This document shows positions 13,713 to 25,914 of a stretch of 64,000 nucleotides of DNA, one piece after another. The stretch comes from Heterodontus francisci. Lineage: Eukaryota. Within the stretch, counting starts at the first letter, position 1, and each line of letters starts with the position of its first letter. A model generated the notes under the pieces. That model was not told the DNA's origin and did not search any database. It saw nothing but the letters and a program-made list of their open reading frames with translations. The stretch spans positions 31,083,036-31,147,035 of the forward strand of contig NC_090401.1 in assembly GCF_036365525.1 (NCBI RefSeq), written 5' to 3'. The translations under genes and the position numbers were made by a program.

Positions 13713-13832
13713 CTGTTGTATTTTGTAGTTGTCCAATGTCAAACTTGAACGTCAGCTGTTCTCTATTGGCAGCAGAAGCGGCTGTGCAGAAAATATAGTA
13801 AACTGAAAGAAGTCCGCTGGGCCCTAATGCTC
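13713..13832 (-). promoter_or_regulatory. Gene A non-coding exon 1 and core promoter (TATA-like box, IRF-core AAACTGAAAG)
   Basis: Donor cag|gtatat at 13713/13712. The block tgcagaaaatatagtaaactgaaagaagtccgctgggccctaatgctc aligns to the equivalent block before gene B (~28062-28109). TSS not determined. Confidence 0.6.
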
Positions 13833-13837
13833 GTGGT

Positions 13838-14000
13838 GTGGAACTCAGTCATTGAGTATGTTTAAAGAAGAGATTGACAGATTTCTAAATATCAATGACA
13901 TAAGGGTATATGAGGATAGTGTGGGAAAAACACATTGAAGTGGATGATCAGCCAAGATCGTACTGAATGGCGGGGCAGGCTCAATGGGCTGAATGGCGGG
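13838..14000 (+). mobile_element. Short CR1 3'-end fragment directly upstream of the gene A core promoter
   Basis: Matches the 3' end of the CR1 at ~5388-5540 (actcagtcattgagtatgtttaaag...gtggatgatcagcc...gggctgaatggc). Confidence 0.85.
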
Positions 14001-15241
14001 GCACTCTACTTGGTATTTGTGTTGGAGGATCAGGGGAAACCATTTATTTTGGTATTGCACAACACTTCTGACTACTATTTACAGTGGCAGACTCTCATAT
14101 AAATAGGGAACTTGTTGCTTATGTATGCATGACTCAGGCGTGAAAGTTACAACTTCACTGAAGGTCCCTGGACACAATTTCAGAAAGTGGCAAGAGAAAG
14201 TGAGAAAAAAAGTCAGAGTTAAAAAGAAATTCAAAACCAAGGCCTGAATTTAACCTGGACGACAGGGGTCCCGGTGACAGGCTGGAAGGGGACAACCCCA
14301 CCTTGGCCCTGTTTTGAACCCCCATCCAAATTCCACAACGGGCGTGAATTGTGTTTGATCGGAGGTAAATGATCTGCATTATACAAAGAAATCACAAAAG
14401 ATAGAAACTTATATGACCCAAAGAAAATACATACAGGAAAATCACCAGAAAAATACAAGAAGAAAGAAGCACAAAATATAAAGTGTGACAAGATCCTTGC
14501 GATTCTTTAGCACTCTTGAGACTGAGTTTTATGGGCTCCCTCTGGATGGGAACGTAGGCGGTGGAGTGCCCGTCGCCTTCCTGACCCCTTGGCATTTAGT
14601 CCAGGCAGCCATTTAACTGCCTGTAGTCAGGGTCCCTTTAAAGACCCTTTAAGGATGGTGATCTCTTCCACAAGAGCTGCTGGCTAATCAGAGGGCTGAC
14701 AGCTCAGTAGTAATGGCAATGCCACTGGAAACAGTGGCCACTGCTGTTACTACAGGAAGACCAGGACCAGGACCAGCGCTGGAGCCCCGGACCACAGGTG
14801 AGTGTGGTGGGCTCGCCAGGACAGCAGGAAGAGGCCCTTAAGTTAATTGGTCAAATTTTATTTGATGACACTTCTGTGAAATCCCTTGGGAGGTTTTATT
14901 TTGTTGAGGGAGATATATAAATACAACTTGCTGTTGATGAGTTGCATATTTTGGACTTTATTTGTTCCTGGTTTAACTTCAAAGGACTTTTCCAAATCTT
15001 CTGACACAGAGTTGCAGGAGGCTTCAGGGACAGTGGGGTCACAATTCCCATATAAAGTTATTGCCAAAGCATTATTTTTAGCACAGGATTGTTCCTGTTA
15101 CTTTCTGCAATTGAAGAATAATAAATATTTTCTGATAGCTTAGTTTAGTTTAGTTTAGTTTAGAGATACAGGACTGAAACAGGCCATTCGGCCCACCGAG
15201 TCTGTGCCGACCATCTGCCACCCAATAGTGCCCTATGGATC

Positions 15242-15358
15242 AAATAAAAGCAAAATACTGCGGATGCTGGAAATCTGAAATAAAAACAGAAAGTGCATCT
15301 GTGGAGAGAGAAGCAGAGGTAATGTTTCAAGTCTGTGACCTTTCTTCAGAACTCAAGA
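15242..15358. mobile_element. Short retroposon fragment (Penelope-like repeat type) with target-site duplication
   Basis: aaagcaaaatactgcggatgctggaaatctgaaataaaaacagaaagtgc flanked by the direct repeat gccctatggatc (~15230-15241 and 15359-15370). Family assignment is from recall. Confidence 0.6.
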
Positions 15359-16635
15359 GCCCTATGGATCTCCACTACTAACAATCCCTTACCAGAGCTT
15401 TTCCTATTTATTATCATTTTCTGCTTCCTGTTGTTTAGCCAGATTTCAGTCCAACTTTCAATGCCTATTTAGCATTTATTCTATGAAGCTTAATCTTACA
15501 ATGTGAATTTTATCAAGTCCCTCTGAAAATTCAAGCAGATTATATGGTTGATTCCATGATTGGCAACTCCTGGTGAGAAGCAGCACGGGTCAGAAAATCG
15601 TGGGTCTGCAGCCCCTGATTTTCCATCCATTTAAATATTTAAATTAATATACCAGGGTCTGTAAGCCTGTGATTTCCCGAACAGCATGCCCTATAAGTGC
15701 CAATTCTTGCCAGGAGAGCTCAATTGGAGAATCAGTCCTGATATCCATGGGACTGACATCCCAACAACTCAGTTACTTCCTTCAAAAAGTTAGAATAGGT
15801 TTGTGAGGCTCAACCTCATGTTACAAAATCCAAAATACCTGTGGTTTTTGGCCTCCAGGCTTTTCAGATGTTGATAGCATGCTATGCAATGCTTCTGGAC
15901 ACAAAACGTGATGAAACATACTGTGTTAAAACATTATGCTGCATTACTTGTGTGTGACAAAGTGGCACCGTTTTTCTTCTTTCCCAAAAGTTTGCCAAAC
16001 ATTTTTCATGAACTTGTTGCCACTTTAAAATGCAGCTGCTAATTCATGAGTCTGGATGTGCACCAAAAGTGATTGTTAGGAGCAAAGAAATAACGTGAGC
16101 AATATAGTAAATGTTATCAGGTTTGTGCACAACCAGAAAAGGACAGGAGGAAGATCTTCCTCAGCTTGGTCCCAACATCAGAAGAACCCCCAGTGACAAC
16201 ACCCTCCCCCGCCGCCCACCCCCAAGGAACCAGTGTTAAAAGTTTGATTCTTACTCCACCCTCACAGTTGAAGTTGATAATTTGGTAGCATATCCTTTTC
16301 AAATTAGCGTCAAATAGGTGCTATAAATTCTGCCCACTCAGCCTGTTTAAACCCATTTCACACAAAGACTTCAGAACCAGCAGAGGAGTCTTTCATCCCT
16401 TCAGTTTAGGCCGCATCTAGATCCACAGCACAGAGATGAAATGTGGGTGTTCTGTTCAAAGGTATCGCTGAGTTGTTGCCCCATTTTTGCTTCCTGCTGA
16501 TTTGGGAGGTTCGATCCTGAATATTGATATATTTTACTCATCTATATGGATGAATATTAACTCTAATTAGTAAAATAATAACCAGGGAGCCCGCAGTTAA
16601 TATTTTAAAGTAATAAGTTGATTTCATGGTACAAT

Positions 16636-17240
16636 GGGCTGAATTGGATTTGGGCAGCACCAGCACCATTTTTAAAGGGCCTTAAGCCCTTCCAAATAAT
16701 TATAATTTTTAAAGGGAAAATATAATTGATTTTTATTAAATATAAAAATAAGTGATGGAGGCCTTTCCCCAACCCCCCACAATGGGGGGTTTCATTGCCT
16801 GAAATGACAATCAATTGATTTTGTCAAATACCCAACGTTTCCCCCCCAACCTTCAATCTTTTGCCCTTCAACTGCATCCCACCATCCTCACGTCCAATAA
16901 AAATTGATTTCCCCACTCCTCCACACCTCTTGCCTTGAAAATTTTATTCCTCCCTCCTCCCCACCAGGTTCTCACCTCGGAACTCCGCGCGAAGGCCTAA
17001 CGGAGGCTGTAAAATCAGCGTGGGACGGCAGGTAAGTTATTTTGCATACATTTATCTGCATATGAAGATTCAGGGCCCGCTGCCAGGCAGTGGGGGGAGC
17101 CACACCGCGGTTCACCCGTTGCTGGTAATATGCAGCGGGCCCTTCTCAACATTGCAGGTCAAGGCGGGCCTCTCCCCACAGAATTTTACGGGTCCCCGCG
17201 CCGCGACCCACAGCATCGAGGGGCCAGAAAAATTCAGCCC
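16636..17240. mobile_element. MITE with GGGCTGAATT TIRs and 3-bp AAT target duplication (Harbinger-type)
   Basis: aat|gggctgaatt ... aattcagccc|aat. Confidence 0.75.
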
Positions 17241-17399
17241 AATGTGTCTTTCTCCATGAACTGTAATTAGGAGTATGGTATTAAACTAACAATTATAGGA
17301 CTATTCATAGGAATTGTTTCAATTGTAAGGCACAATTCCAAGTATTTCCCATTTCCCAACCCATTGCACATTGAATCATTAATAATGGTAATTTCCTGT

Positions 17400-17870
17400 G
17401 TAAATAAAGACCTTGCATTTAAATATCTTTCATGTCTTCAGTATGTCCTAAAACACTTCTCAGCCAATTAATTACTATTTTGAAGCAGAGTCACAGTTCT
17501 GCTGGCAAATGACAACAAATTAATGCACAGCAAGATCACAAAAACAGCAGTGAGATAAATGACCAGCTATTTTGTTTCAATGTTGTTGGTTTAGGAATGT
17601 GTTGACCAGGACACCAGGAGAACTCCCCTGCTATTTTTCAAATAGTGCCATCATTTTCTTACACCTGAATAACAAGATGAGACCTCGGTTAAAATGTCTC
17701 ATCCAAGAGGGAAGCACCTCCGCCACCATGCAGAAATTTCAGCCTAAATTAGGCTCTCAAGTGCTGTAGGGGGTCGGTGGGGGGGGGGGGGGGGCGTGGG
17801 GGGGGGGGTGGTGCTTTCACCTACAGCTGTCTGACTTGGGCATGAGAGGGGCTACCAGTTAACCAAGGGG
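17400..17870 (-). mobile_element. Deu-domain SINE
   Basis: aagaccttgcattt tail and ccaggacaccaggagaactcccctgc core; similar to 8935-9200 and 22335-22690. Confidence 0.7.
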
Positions 17871-19190
17871 GCTGGTTTGCCATCACCAGTGCATAGGAAA
17901 CACTTTCCTCCCGCATATGTTTGAGTCTGGTGGTTTTGTCTCTTCAGTCTGTTCTGGATTCAAAGTTGGGTCATTATTGTTCAGTGACATTACTCTGAGC
18001 CAATTCACCACCTAGTGAATCTCCCAAATTAGCAGCTGTTAGTGTTTGTAATGGGTTGACAGCCAGTACAGAATTACTGAAAAAGTGCAAGTGTCTTTCA
18101 TAAGGTGCTGAACATTAAAGTGCATAGATTAAGTGATAATTTAAATATACAGTAACCGAATATAAATGCAGAACTTTAGAGACAAATACTCTAACTTTTC
18201 AGAACCCATAATATTAAATTGTAAGTCAAGAAGAATAGTCACTCTCCAAGACAGATGAAATAACAGCAGCTTGCATTTGTACAGTGCCTTCAATGTTGAA
18301 AAATATTCCAAGGAGCTTTACTGAGATATAATCACAGCCAAAGAAGGAAAGATTAAGAGCAGACCAAAAGCTTGGTCAAAGAGTTGGGTTTTAAGGGAAA
18401 AGAAAACACCAAAACAAATGTTATTTAAGGTGTAATTTAATCAAGGTTTGTTACATAAAAGTATTAAGATTTAGTTATTGTGATTTAAAGTATGACATCT
18501 TCTCAGATATTCATTTGTAGATGCAATGTGTACTTTTATCACCTCAAATCATTCTGACATAAGATATTGCAGATGCAGGGTTTCCCAAGACCCACATGTC
18601 AGCCATGAGACTTGTAGTTTTTGAGCAGTGTACTGTATTTATGAAGTAGCCCCACTCCTGACAAAAATCTCATGCGATACAGTTGAGAACCTTGCAACTC
18701 CAGTTATATTTCCATGCTTTATGCCAAAGTTACAGGGGAGAGGGGTTTTATGGCAAAACAACAGCAACTTGCATTTATAGAACACTTTTAATGTAACAAA
18801 TGTTCCCGTGTGCTTTTACAAGAGCATTATCAGACACCATTTGACACAACCACATAAAAGGACAGCTTGGGGATCAAGGAGGTACATTTTAAGGAGCACT
18901 TTACAAATGGGATATATACTTCAGCCCAACCCCCAGCAGATAAGATTCATTCTTGGAGTGGACCACAATAAGTATTGGTGTTACGACCAGGTGAGAAAGA
19001 GAAACTGGAGATTGCTGTCAATCTCCCCATGAGCTTCAAGTATTTTCTGCATTTGCACTGTTAAAAACTAATTAAAGTCAGCACTAAAAGTTAGGGTTAG
19101 TACTTAACTATGCAAGGACCCTTTTAATGATTTATGTTCCTGCAATACCACTTAACCTCTCCAGCCCAGAAAGGGAACAGTTGAAGCTAT

Positions 19191-20031
19191 TGTAACAACT
19201 CGGTGAGAAAGGTGACGAGGGGTCCCTCTCAGTCTTCACCTGGTCTTACTGTAACAGGGTTTAATTTTAAATACACAGTGTTTGAGCTACCCCTTGGTGA
19301 ATCCTTGTTCACCCCTTTCCAATTATAAGGCAAAGAAACCAGCGCAAACAGGCTTTCTTAGGTTTAAAGAAAAAAAGGTGAAATTTTATTAAACTTGGAG
19401 GTTTTAAAACACAAACACTAATTCGGTTAACGCCTATGAATACACGACGTGCCCACGCTAGCATGCATACATGCAAATAGAGACAGAGAAGAGCAGAAGA
19501 AAAATAAAATGGATAGGTTTGAGGCAATATCTGAAGAGTTGTTGTTATAGTTCTTCCAGCTCACTGTCGAGTCCTTGATTATAGGTAGATCTTGCTTTTC
19601 GTTGGGCTCCAGTATTCTTCTTAAACCTAGTTCACTGTAGGTGACCTTTCTCTCTTGGGGTTCATGTGTCTTCAGTGGGTTTTGGAGTTCCGCGAGAAAG
19701 AGATGGGAGCAGACAGGCAGGAGAGGAGGTCTGCTTCAGTCCAGGAGCATTCTGCTTTTGCCAGTTCAAACACTGCAACAGCCAGTTAGTTATGTGACTA
19801 ACTGGCCTGGCCATGTCAGTTTGTGGATCGAATTGAAGCAGGGAATAGCTCCTTTGTCTACGAGCACTGTCTGTTAATCTGTAAATGTATCTTTCCAGCC
19901 AGGGGCCTGGCAACCCCTTGTCACAGGTCTTCTCTTTTTCTCAGCAACAATTTGAAATTTAATGTCCATGTGGCAAAAATAATAAGCCACATTGTTGCCA
20001 GTTTGGGGGGGGGGGGGGGGGCTGCATGACA
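19191..20031 (-). mobile_element. Solo LTR-like element
   Basis: tgtaac...tgaca termini; homologous along its length to 24982-25773; AATAAA on the minus strand. Confidence 0.65.
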
Positions 20032-20408
20032 ATTGGTATTAAATTCAATGGTGCACTTACAGGATCCACAGAACACTTGCCATTTCTATGAAATGTAGTC
20101 ACAGAACTGAATGCCTCCATTCACCCTGTGGTCAGTTATAGAATGACAAAATCTGGGGCTGAAACAGTGTAGAATGTTTCACCCAAAACTAATTAAGAAG
20201 ATTGCTAACAGGGCATCTGGGTATTAGCAAAAGGATAGAACCACCTATACTAAAATTAAAAGTATTTTCAATTACTGGATTTATTTTGAAACCCCAACCT
20301 AGAGAATATTCAACAGGTACTAACAGAATGCTACTTCATTTCCGGCCCAAGTAAATCCTCAGGAGCTGCCTAACTGCGGAGAATCTACTTTAAAGCAGCA
20401 TGCTGAAT

Positions 20409-23400
20409 TTAGGGCTCATCTTCAGAACTCTGAATAAGCTCTTTAGCAGCACAGCCAGTGGCAGCACCAGCACTTCCTACTATAGCAGCACCAGCAGTAG
20501 AGAGTCCAGCAGCTCCTTCATGAAGAAAAGAACATATATTAATCCTTACAAATATGTAGCAATATTTAGAACACATTCGTTAAACTTTATAAAACTGCCT
20601 CCATTCCCACTCTGAGAGAATCTGTTTATCCTGTGCTATGAACCATTCTTCAAAAAAAATAAAATGCACAGCCAAGAAACTATTCAGGCCTTTGATCTTA
20701 TTTATTTTATTTATTGATTTAGAGATACAGCACTGAAACAGGCCATTCGGCCCACCGAGTCTGTGCCGACCAACAACCACCCATTTATACTAACCCTACA
20801 GTAATTCCATATTCCCTACCACCTACCTACACTAGGGGCAATTTACAATGGCCAATTTACCCATCAACCTGCAAGTCTTTGGATGTAGGAGGAAACACCC
20901 AGCAAAAACCCACGCGGTCACAGGGAGAACTTGCAAACTCCGCACAGGCAGTACCCAGAATCGAACCCGGGTCCCTGGAGCTGCAGTGCAAACCACTGCG
21001 CCACTGTGCTGCCCTTGCTAATATAAAGGCTGCTGAGTAAGTCTTCTCTCCTGAATGGCCATCCAGTTTTCCCCTAATTTGTGCATTAAAAAGTTATTTC
21101 AAAATACAAACTACAGAATAGAGCTTTTTGTAGTGACTTTGCTGATCAGTTTCACTCTATATTAAACAAACATAGCAGCACCAGAGTTTTATTATGACAC
21201 TAGTTCACCAATATTAGCCATTTAAGCAATCACTATCTCACCCACAGCCAAGACTGATAACTTCCTGTCTGAGAAACCACGGAGCCCTGCCCCCACACAA
21301 ACTTCACCACTTTCTATGTTTATACATGGAAGGATGACTTAAAGGTGTTGGACAAGTGATTACATTAAGATCAATCTTCATAACTTTTCCTCAATTTGAT
21401 TTAAAAGAAAACATGGAATCTTACCAATAGACTGGAGGGTTGCGACAACACCACCAGCTGCTACACCCCCTCCATTAGCGACTGCAGCCACAGACATCAT
21501 TTTTGCTCCCAAGGATCCAGCTGCTATTCCAGCACCAGTGAAGCCAGCTGCTCCAACAACAACTGGGGCAGCAACTACTGCAGCAGCTGCAAAAATAGAA
21601 TAAAGTCAGTTGATAAGGGAACTAAAAATTTGCTTGGTGATACAGCACCCCGTTTAGGCTCTTGGCTGTAGAGATCACAGCTCCAACAAATCCAAAAATG
21701 GCATGGGAAGAAATGGAGCAAAGGGGTTTGCCATGACCCTGGCAGCCTTTCAAAAAGAAAGGAGCATGACCTTCAGTTAGCAAGAGTATAAATTACACCA
21801 TGATGTCTTTGTTTTAAAAGAGCACATCATCATGTCACATGTTTGCATTTTAAAGTTGCAAATTTGAAAAAGAAAGGTGACTTTGCAATGAAATACTCAA
21901 CCCTGATACTCAGAATGGACCATAAAAAACGTACAGCACAGGAGGCCATTCAGGCCATCATGCCTGTGCTGCCTCTTTGAAAGAAAAGTCATGCTTAGTT
22001 CCACACCTCCACTTATTGTCCATAACCTGCAAGTTCCTCATCCTCAACTATCTGTCCATCTCCCTTTTAAAACTATTTATGGAATTAGCTTCCACCGCCT
22101 TTTCAGACAGAGCATTCCAGATTCCCACAACTCAGTGAAAAAAAAAATCTCTCCTCATCTTCCCACTAGATCTTTGGCCAATGATTTGAAATCAATGACA
22201 TCTGGTTATTAACCCAATATTTTTTTCTACTTTATTTGCTTCTTTAACCACCTTATTAACTTGCCCTGCCACCTTTATGAATTTGTGTATATGAACAACA
22301 AAGTCTCTCTGTTCATCTACACTCACTCAATCTAGGCTGGCAATTTAGTGCAGTGCTAAAGGACGGATGAATTGTCAGAGATGCCATTTTTCCAAGGAGA
22401 TGTAAAACCAAGCTGCCATCTGCTTATTCAGGTGGATGCAGCAAAAGATGCCATGGCACTTTTTGAAGAATAGCAGGAGTTCTTCTGGTGTTCTGGGCAA
22501 CATTCCTCAATCAGTAAATACCACTGAAAATAGATCATCTAGTTATTTTTTCCATTTGCTGTTTGTTGGACCATCCTGTGCACAAATTGGTTGCCACATT
22601 TCCTGACAGAGCAGCAGTGACTGCACATAATCAAGCAATTGTGAAGCAATATCGGGACATCCTGAGAAGGTGTATATCAATGCAATTTCTTTTACCTGCT
22701 CCTCCTGCAACCCAGGCAACTGTCGACCAATCTATAAATACATGGGCAAAACAGAAATATTAGACAAGTATTCAACGGTGAGACAAGCCACTCATTTGAT
22801 AACTTTCTTGACTGCTAAGTCAGTAATGTAGGAAAGCAGTCAAGTTACAACCAGCATTTTATTAGTTTGCAGACTACTTGTGTAATTGTTTCCTCTCAGC
22901 ATGAGCACTAATAATGTCAGGGGCACATTCATATACAATCCTACAGATCCCAAGCTCAAGGGTCCCTGCTAAATATGGGGGTCCCTCCAGGGTTAGCAAA
23001 CTATGTCCAATAAGCATCTCCCTGTCCACAATCCCATTGGACAAGAAATCTCCTGGCCACGCCCATGAGTCTCAGTGCTGGAGAGCTGCAGTCCAGTTTT
23101 CTCCTTTCAGGTAGGTTTTAATGAATGGGGATGAGGGGGGAGGGAGTTGTTCAGGGTTGCTGAAGGACCCTAAAGAGCCCTAAGAATTCTTAATTGGTCT
23201 CTGATTAAGCTATTTTTATATTACTTACTTCTAGGCTATTGGCACCAGTTCTCAGGCAGCTGAAGGCAACAGTGTAGCCTTGCCGGAGTTGCAAAGGCTG
23301 GTGATTGGGAGGACCTGGTTTTAAGAAAAATGCCTGCACTGGGTCATTTTCTATCAAGTTCGTGGATGCAAAAATAACTGGGAGTGTCCATCTGACACTT

Positions 23401-24707
23401 TCCCAATGCAGTGAACAATACTGGTTTAGAAGGAAAAAAAAGTGGTTAAGTGTTGCATTCCCCCAGCCCTGCGATCTCAAACCTGACAGAACACACGAAA
23501 ATGAAAAACCATTCAAGAAAAATAGTTTCTCTTAGCAACACAATTAATGGTAGTTTACAATCACTATGGATTCTATGGACACACAGTATGGAAAAGAGGG
23601 AAGAGATATGAGGAAGAGGATGAGTAGAGGAGAATGGGGGTTACCTATATCACATGAAGGTAGGCTTGAACCTGCAAAACAGGGAAGATAACAGAATGAG
23701 AACATTTTATTTTATTTTTGTCTTTTAAAAATATATTTCTTCTATACACCCAAAATCATCTCACGTATCATTGCTCACAACGTCAGAGGATACCAACTTG
23801 CATTTATATATCATCTTATCAACTTCAAAATGACCAAAAGCATTTTATGATCAATGAATTACTTTGGAATTGCACGGGTATTTAGAGAAAAGTGTATAGA
23901 AAATTGAAAACTTTCAATATAATTTACATAGCTAGATGGACGTATCTCCACTATGCCCTTTGCATATGCTCAAGAATAGTTAAATATTCAAACAAAATGT
24001 GCTTCAAAATAGTTTAGCACACCATCCCATATTTTTAATCACTATAAATCCCAACTGGGATATTTGGTGATTTCTTCTGCACTATCTGTGCCAGATGTAA
24101 TTGATGTTCGATGATTCTATGTTATTCCAGGTAACATGAAAAGTTTGATATCTCACTTTTCCCCTCCATCTTGATTCAATCATGCCTGACTGCTGTCTGC
24201 CCCTCAAACATTATGCTTAACACTGTTCCATCAAGAATCCTAAGCTTTTGAACTGTGCTCATAATCTCAGTCAACTGGTAGAATTGCTAAATGTACTGTT
24301 TCTTTTTAAATGGTAAAGCAGCTTCAACTGTTCTTTTCTGGACTTCAGCGGTTTCCTTCTAGTCACTTGCCAATAATTTGTGAATTCTCCTTTTCACCAG
24401 CTGGGTCTTTCCTTCCAGCTTTAGTGTTCAGTCTTTGCGATCCAAAGTTTAAAGTTACCTACTCAGAGTTCACAGACTTATTTGCCCATTCTATACTTAT
24501 CAATGTATTGAGACTTTATTGCTTACCTGTTTCCAATAAAAACTAACTTTTTTACAAAAAAGGGAGAAGATTCAGCAAGATTGTAGAGAAAGGCCAGGCA
24601 TAAATTTGCAAGTATTTGAAATGAATCAACATTACCACATAAATCTACTTCTCACCTGTGTTGAAAGAAGCAGACAAGATCAACGCAATATAGACCAGCT
24701 CTCGCAT
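20409..24707 (-). CDS. Gene B copy 1: ISG12/Ifi-6-16 family protein with signal-peptide-like N-terminus and acidic tail (IFI6-like), 127 aa, spliced
   Basis: Exons 24707-24656 ([17 protein letters not shown]), 23671-23645 (GSSLPSCDI), 22731-22696 ([12 protein letters not shown]), 21586-21425 (162 nt, [54 protein letters not shown]) and 20515-20409 ([35 protein letters not shown]). All GT-AG, phase 1; total 384 nt. AATAAA at 20280-20285. The last two exons are secure; the upstream micro-exons are inferred. Confidence 0.82.
20698..21014 (-). mobile_element. tRNA-derived V-SINE (HE1-like) in the last intron of gene B
   Basis: Minus-strand head GGGCAGCACAGTGGCGCAGTGG (A box) ... GGTTCGATTC (B box), V-domain-like core, CR1-like tail and AT-rich end. 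Confidence 0.85.
22335..22690 (+). mobile_element. Deu-domain SINE in a gene B intron
   Basis: atgccatggcactttttgaagaatagcaggagttcttctggtgttctgggcaacatt...tgctgtttgttggaccatcctgtgcacaaattggttgcc. Confidence 0.7.
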
Positions 24708-24981
24708 TTTTCCAATATTTTCAAGGAAGACTGATACAAGTATTGTAGATTTCAGTAATAGCTGGAACACAATAGGACCTTCCTGCACAGATCAACACAA
24801 GAAGCAATTTCAATTAAAAAGGTTACGAGGGAAGTACTGACAGTGCTGTGTAATAACCTCATCTGGTAGCAGATTTATAAATTACAGGTAGAGATGGTTC
24901 AAATTGTTATCGGAAAAGCTCGGTTTCATGTTTTGTCTACAGTAATCTTCAGTGAAATTATAATTCTTCACTCTTAAAATG

Positions 24982-25773
24982 TGTTACAACCAAGTGAGAA
25001 ATGTGTCCAGGGGTCTGTTACTATCTTCATCTGGTCTTATTGCAACAGGGTTTAATTTTAAACACGGTTTTGATCTCCCCTTTGTGAATCCGTGTTCACA
25101 ACTTTCCAACTATAAGGCAAAGAAATGAGCACAAACAGGCTTTCTGTGGTTTAACGAAGAAAGATGAAATTTATTAAACCTTAAACTTGAACTCTAATAC
25201 AGTTAACACCTACGGATATACAAATACCCACGCAATACACATATGCAAATAGAGACAGAAAAGAGCAGAAGAAAAGATAAGTAGAACAGTTTGAGACAAT
25301 ATCTTGTTACAGTTTCTCGAGCTCGCTGTAGTCCTTGATTGAATATATGGTCTTGTGTTTCATTGGGGCCCAGTATTCTTCGTAAACCTTATTCACATAG
25401 GAGATTCTGAGTTTACGTATCTTCACAAGATTCAGTTCTGTGGGAAAAAGAGATCGAGGCAGGCAGACAGGAGAGGAAGTAATTCTTGCTTCAGTTCCAG
25501 AAGAGATCTTCACTTCATGAGCACAGAGCTTTGTCTTTTCAAAGTTTTGCGTTTCCAGTTTAAAGCTCCCCTGGTTGGCCAGCAGGTGGTCACGTGACCG
25601 ATTGGTTTGACCAGGTCTCTTCCGTGCATTGGGGCAGGGACTGGTTCCTTTGTTTCAACACTGTCTGCTACTATGCAAATGTCCTTCCAGTCAGGGCTTG
25701 CAATTTTAAGTTATTGTTCAAGTGGTGAAATAATGTGTGCCTCAGTCTTGGCAGGTGGGGGGTTTGCCTGATA
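24982..25773 (-). mobile_element. Solo LTR with 4-bp target-site duplication in gene B intron 1
   Basis: aatg|tgttacaacc ... cctgata|aatg; same family as 19191-20031. Confidence 0.75.
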
Positions 25774-25914
25774 AATGATTGTAGATAAAAACTTTATTCT
25801 TAGTAGGTTACATCAGTGACTAGTTCTAATAAACATGTAGTCATGTAGCTGCTGTCAGAGGTGGTGTTTCCTTATGCATTCCTGAGATATGGGAAATGCT
25901 GGAAAAGCTGAATT

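Noticed and set aside
17769-17812. Long G-runs as a functional G-quadruplex (also ~11322, ~20005)
   Set aside because: They lie within repeats and differ in length between copies, consistent with slippage or sequencing error.
20400-20615. Ser/Thr-rich plus-strand ORF
   Set aside because: It is the antisense shadow of gene B's Ala/Gly-rich last exon.
20950-21014. tRNA-like A and B boxes
   Set aside because: This is the head of an HE1-like SINE with no complete cloverleaf, not a tRNA gene.
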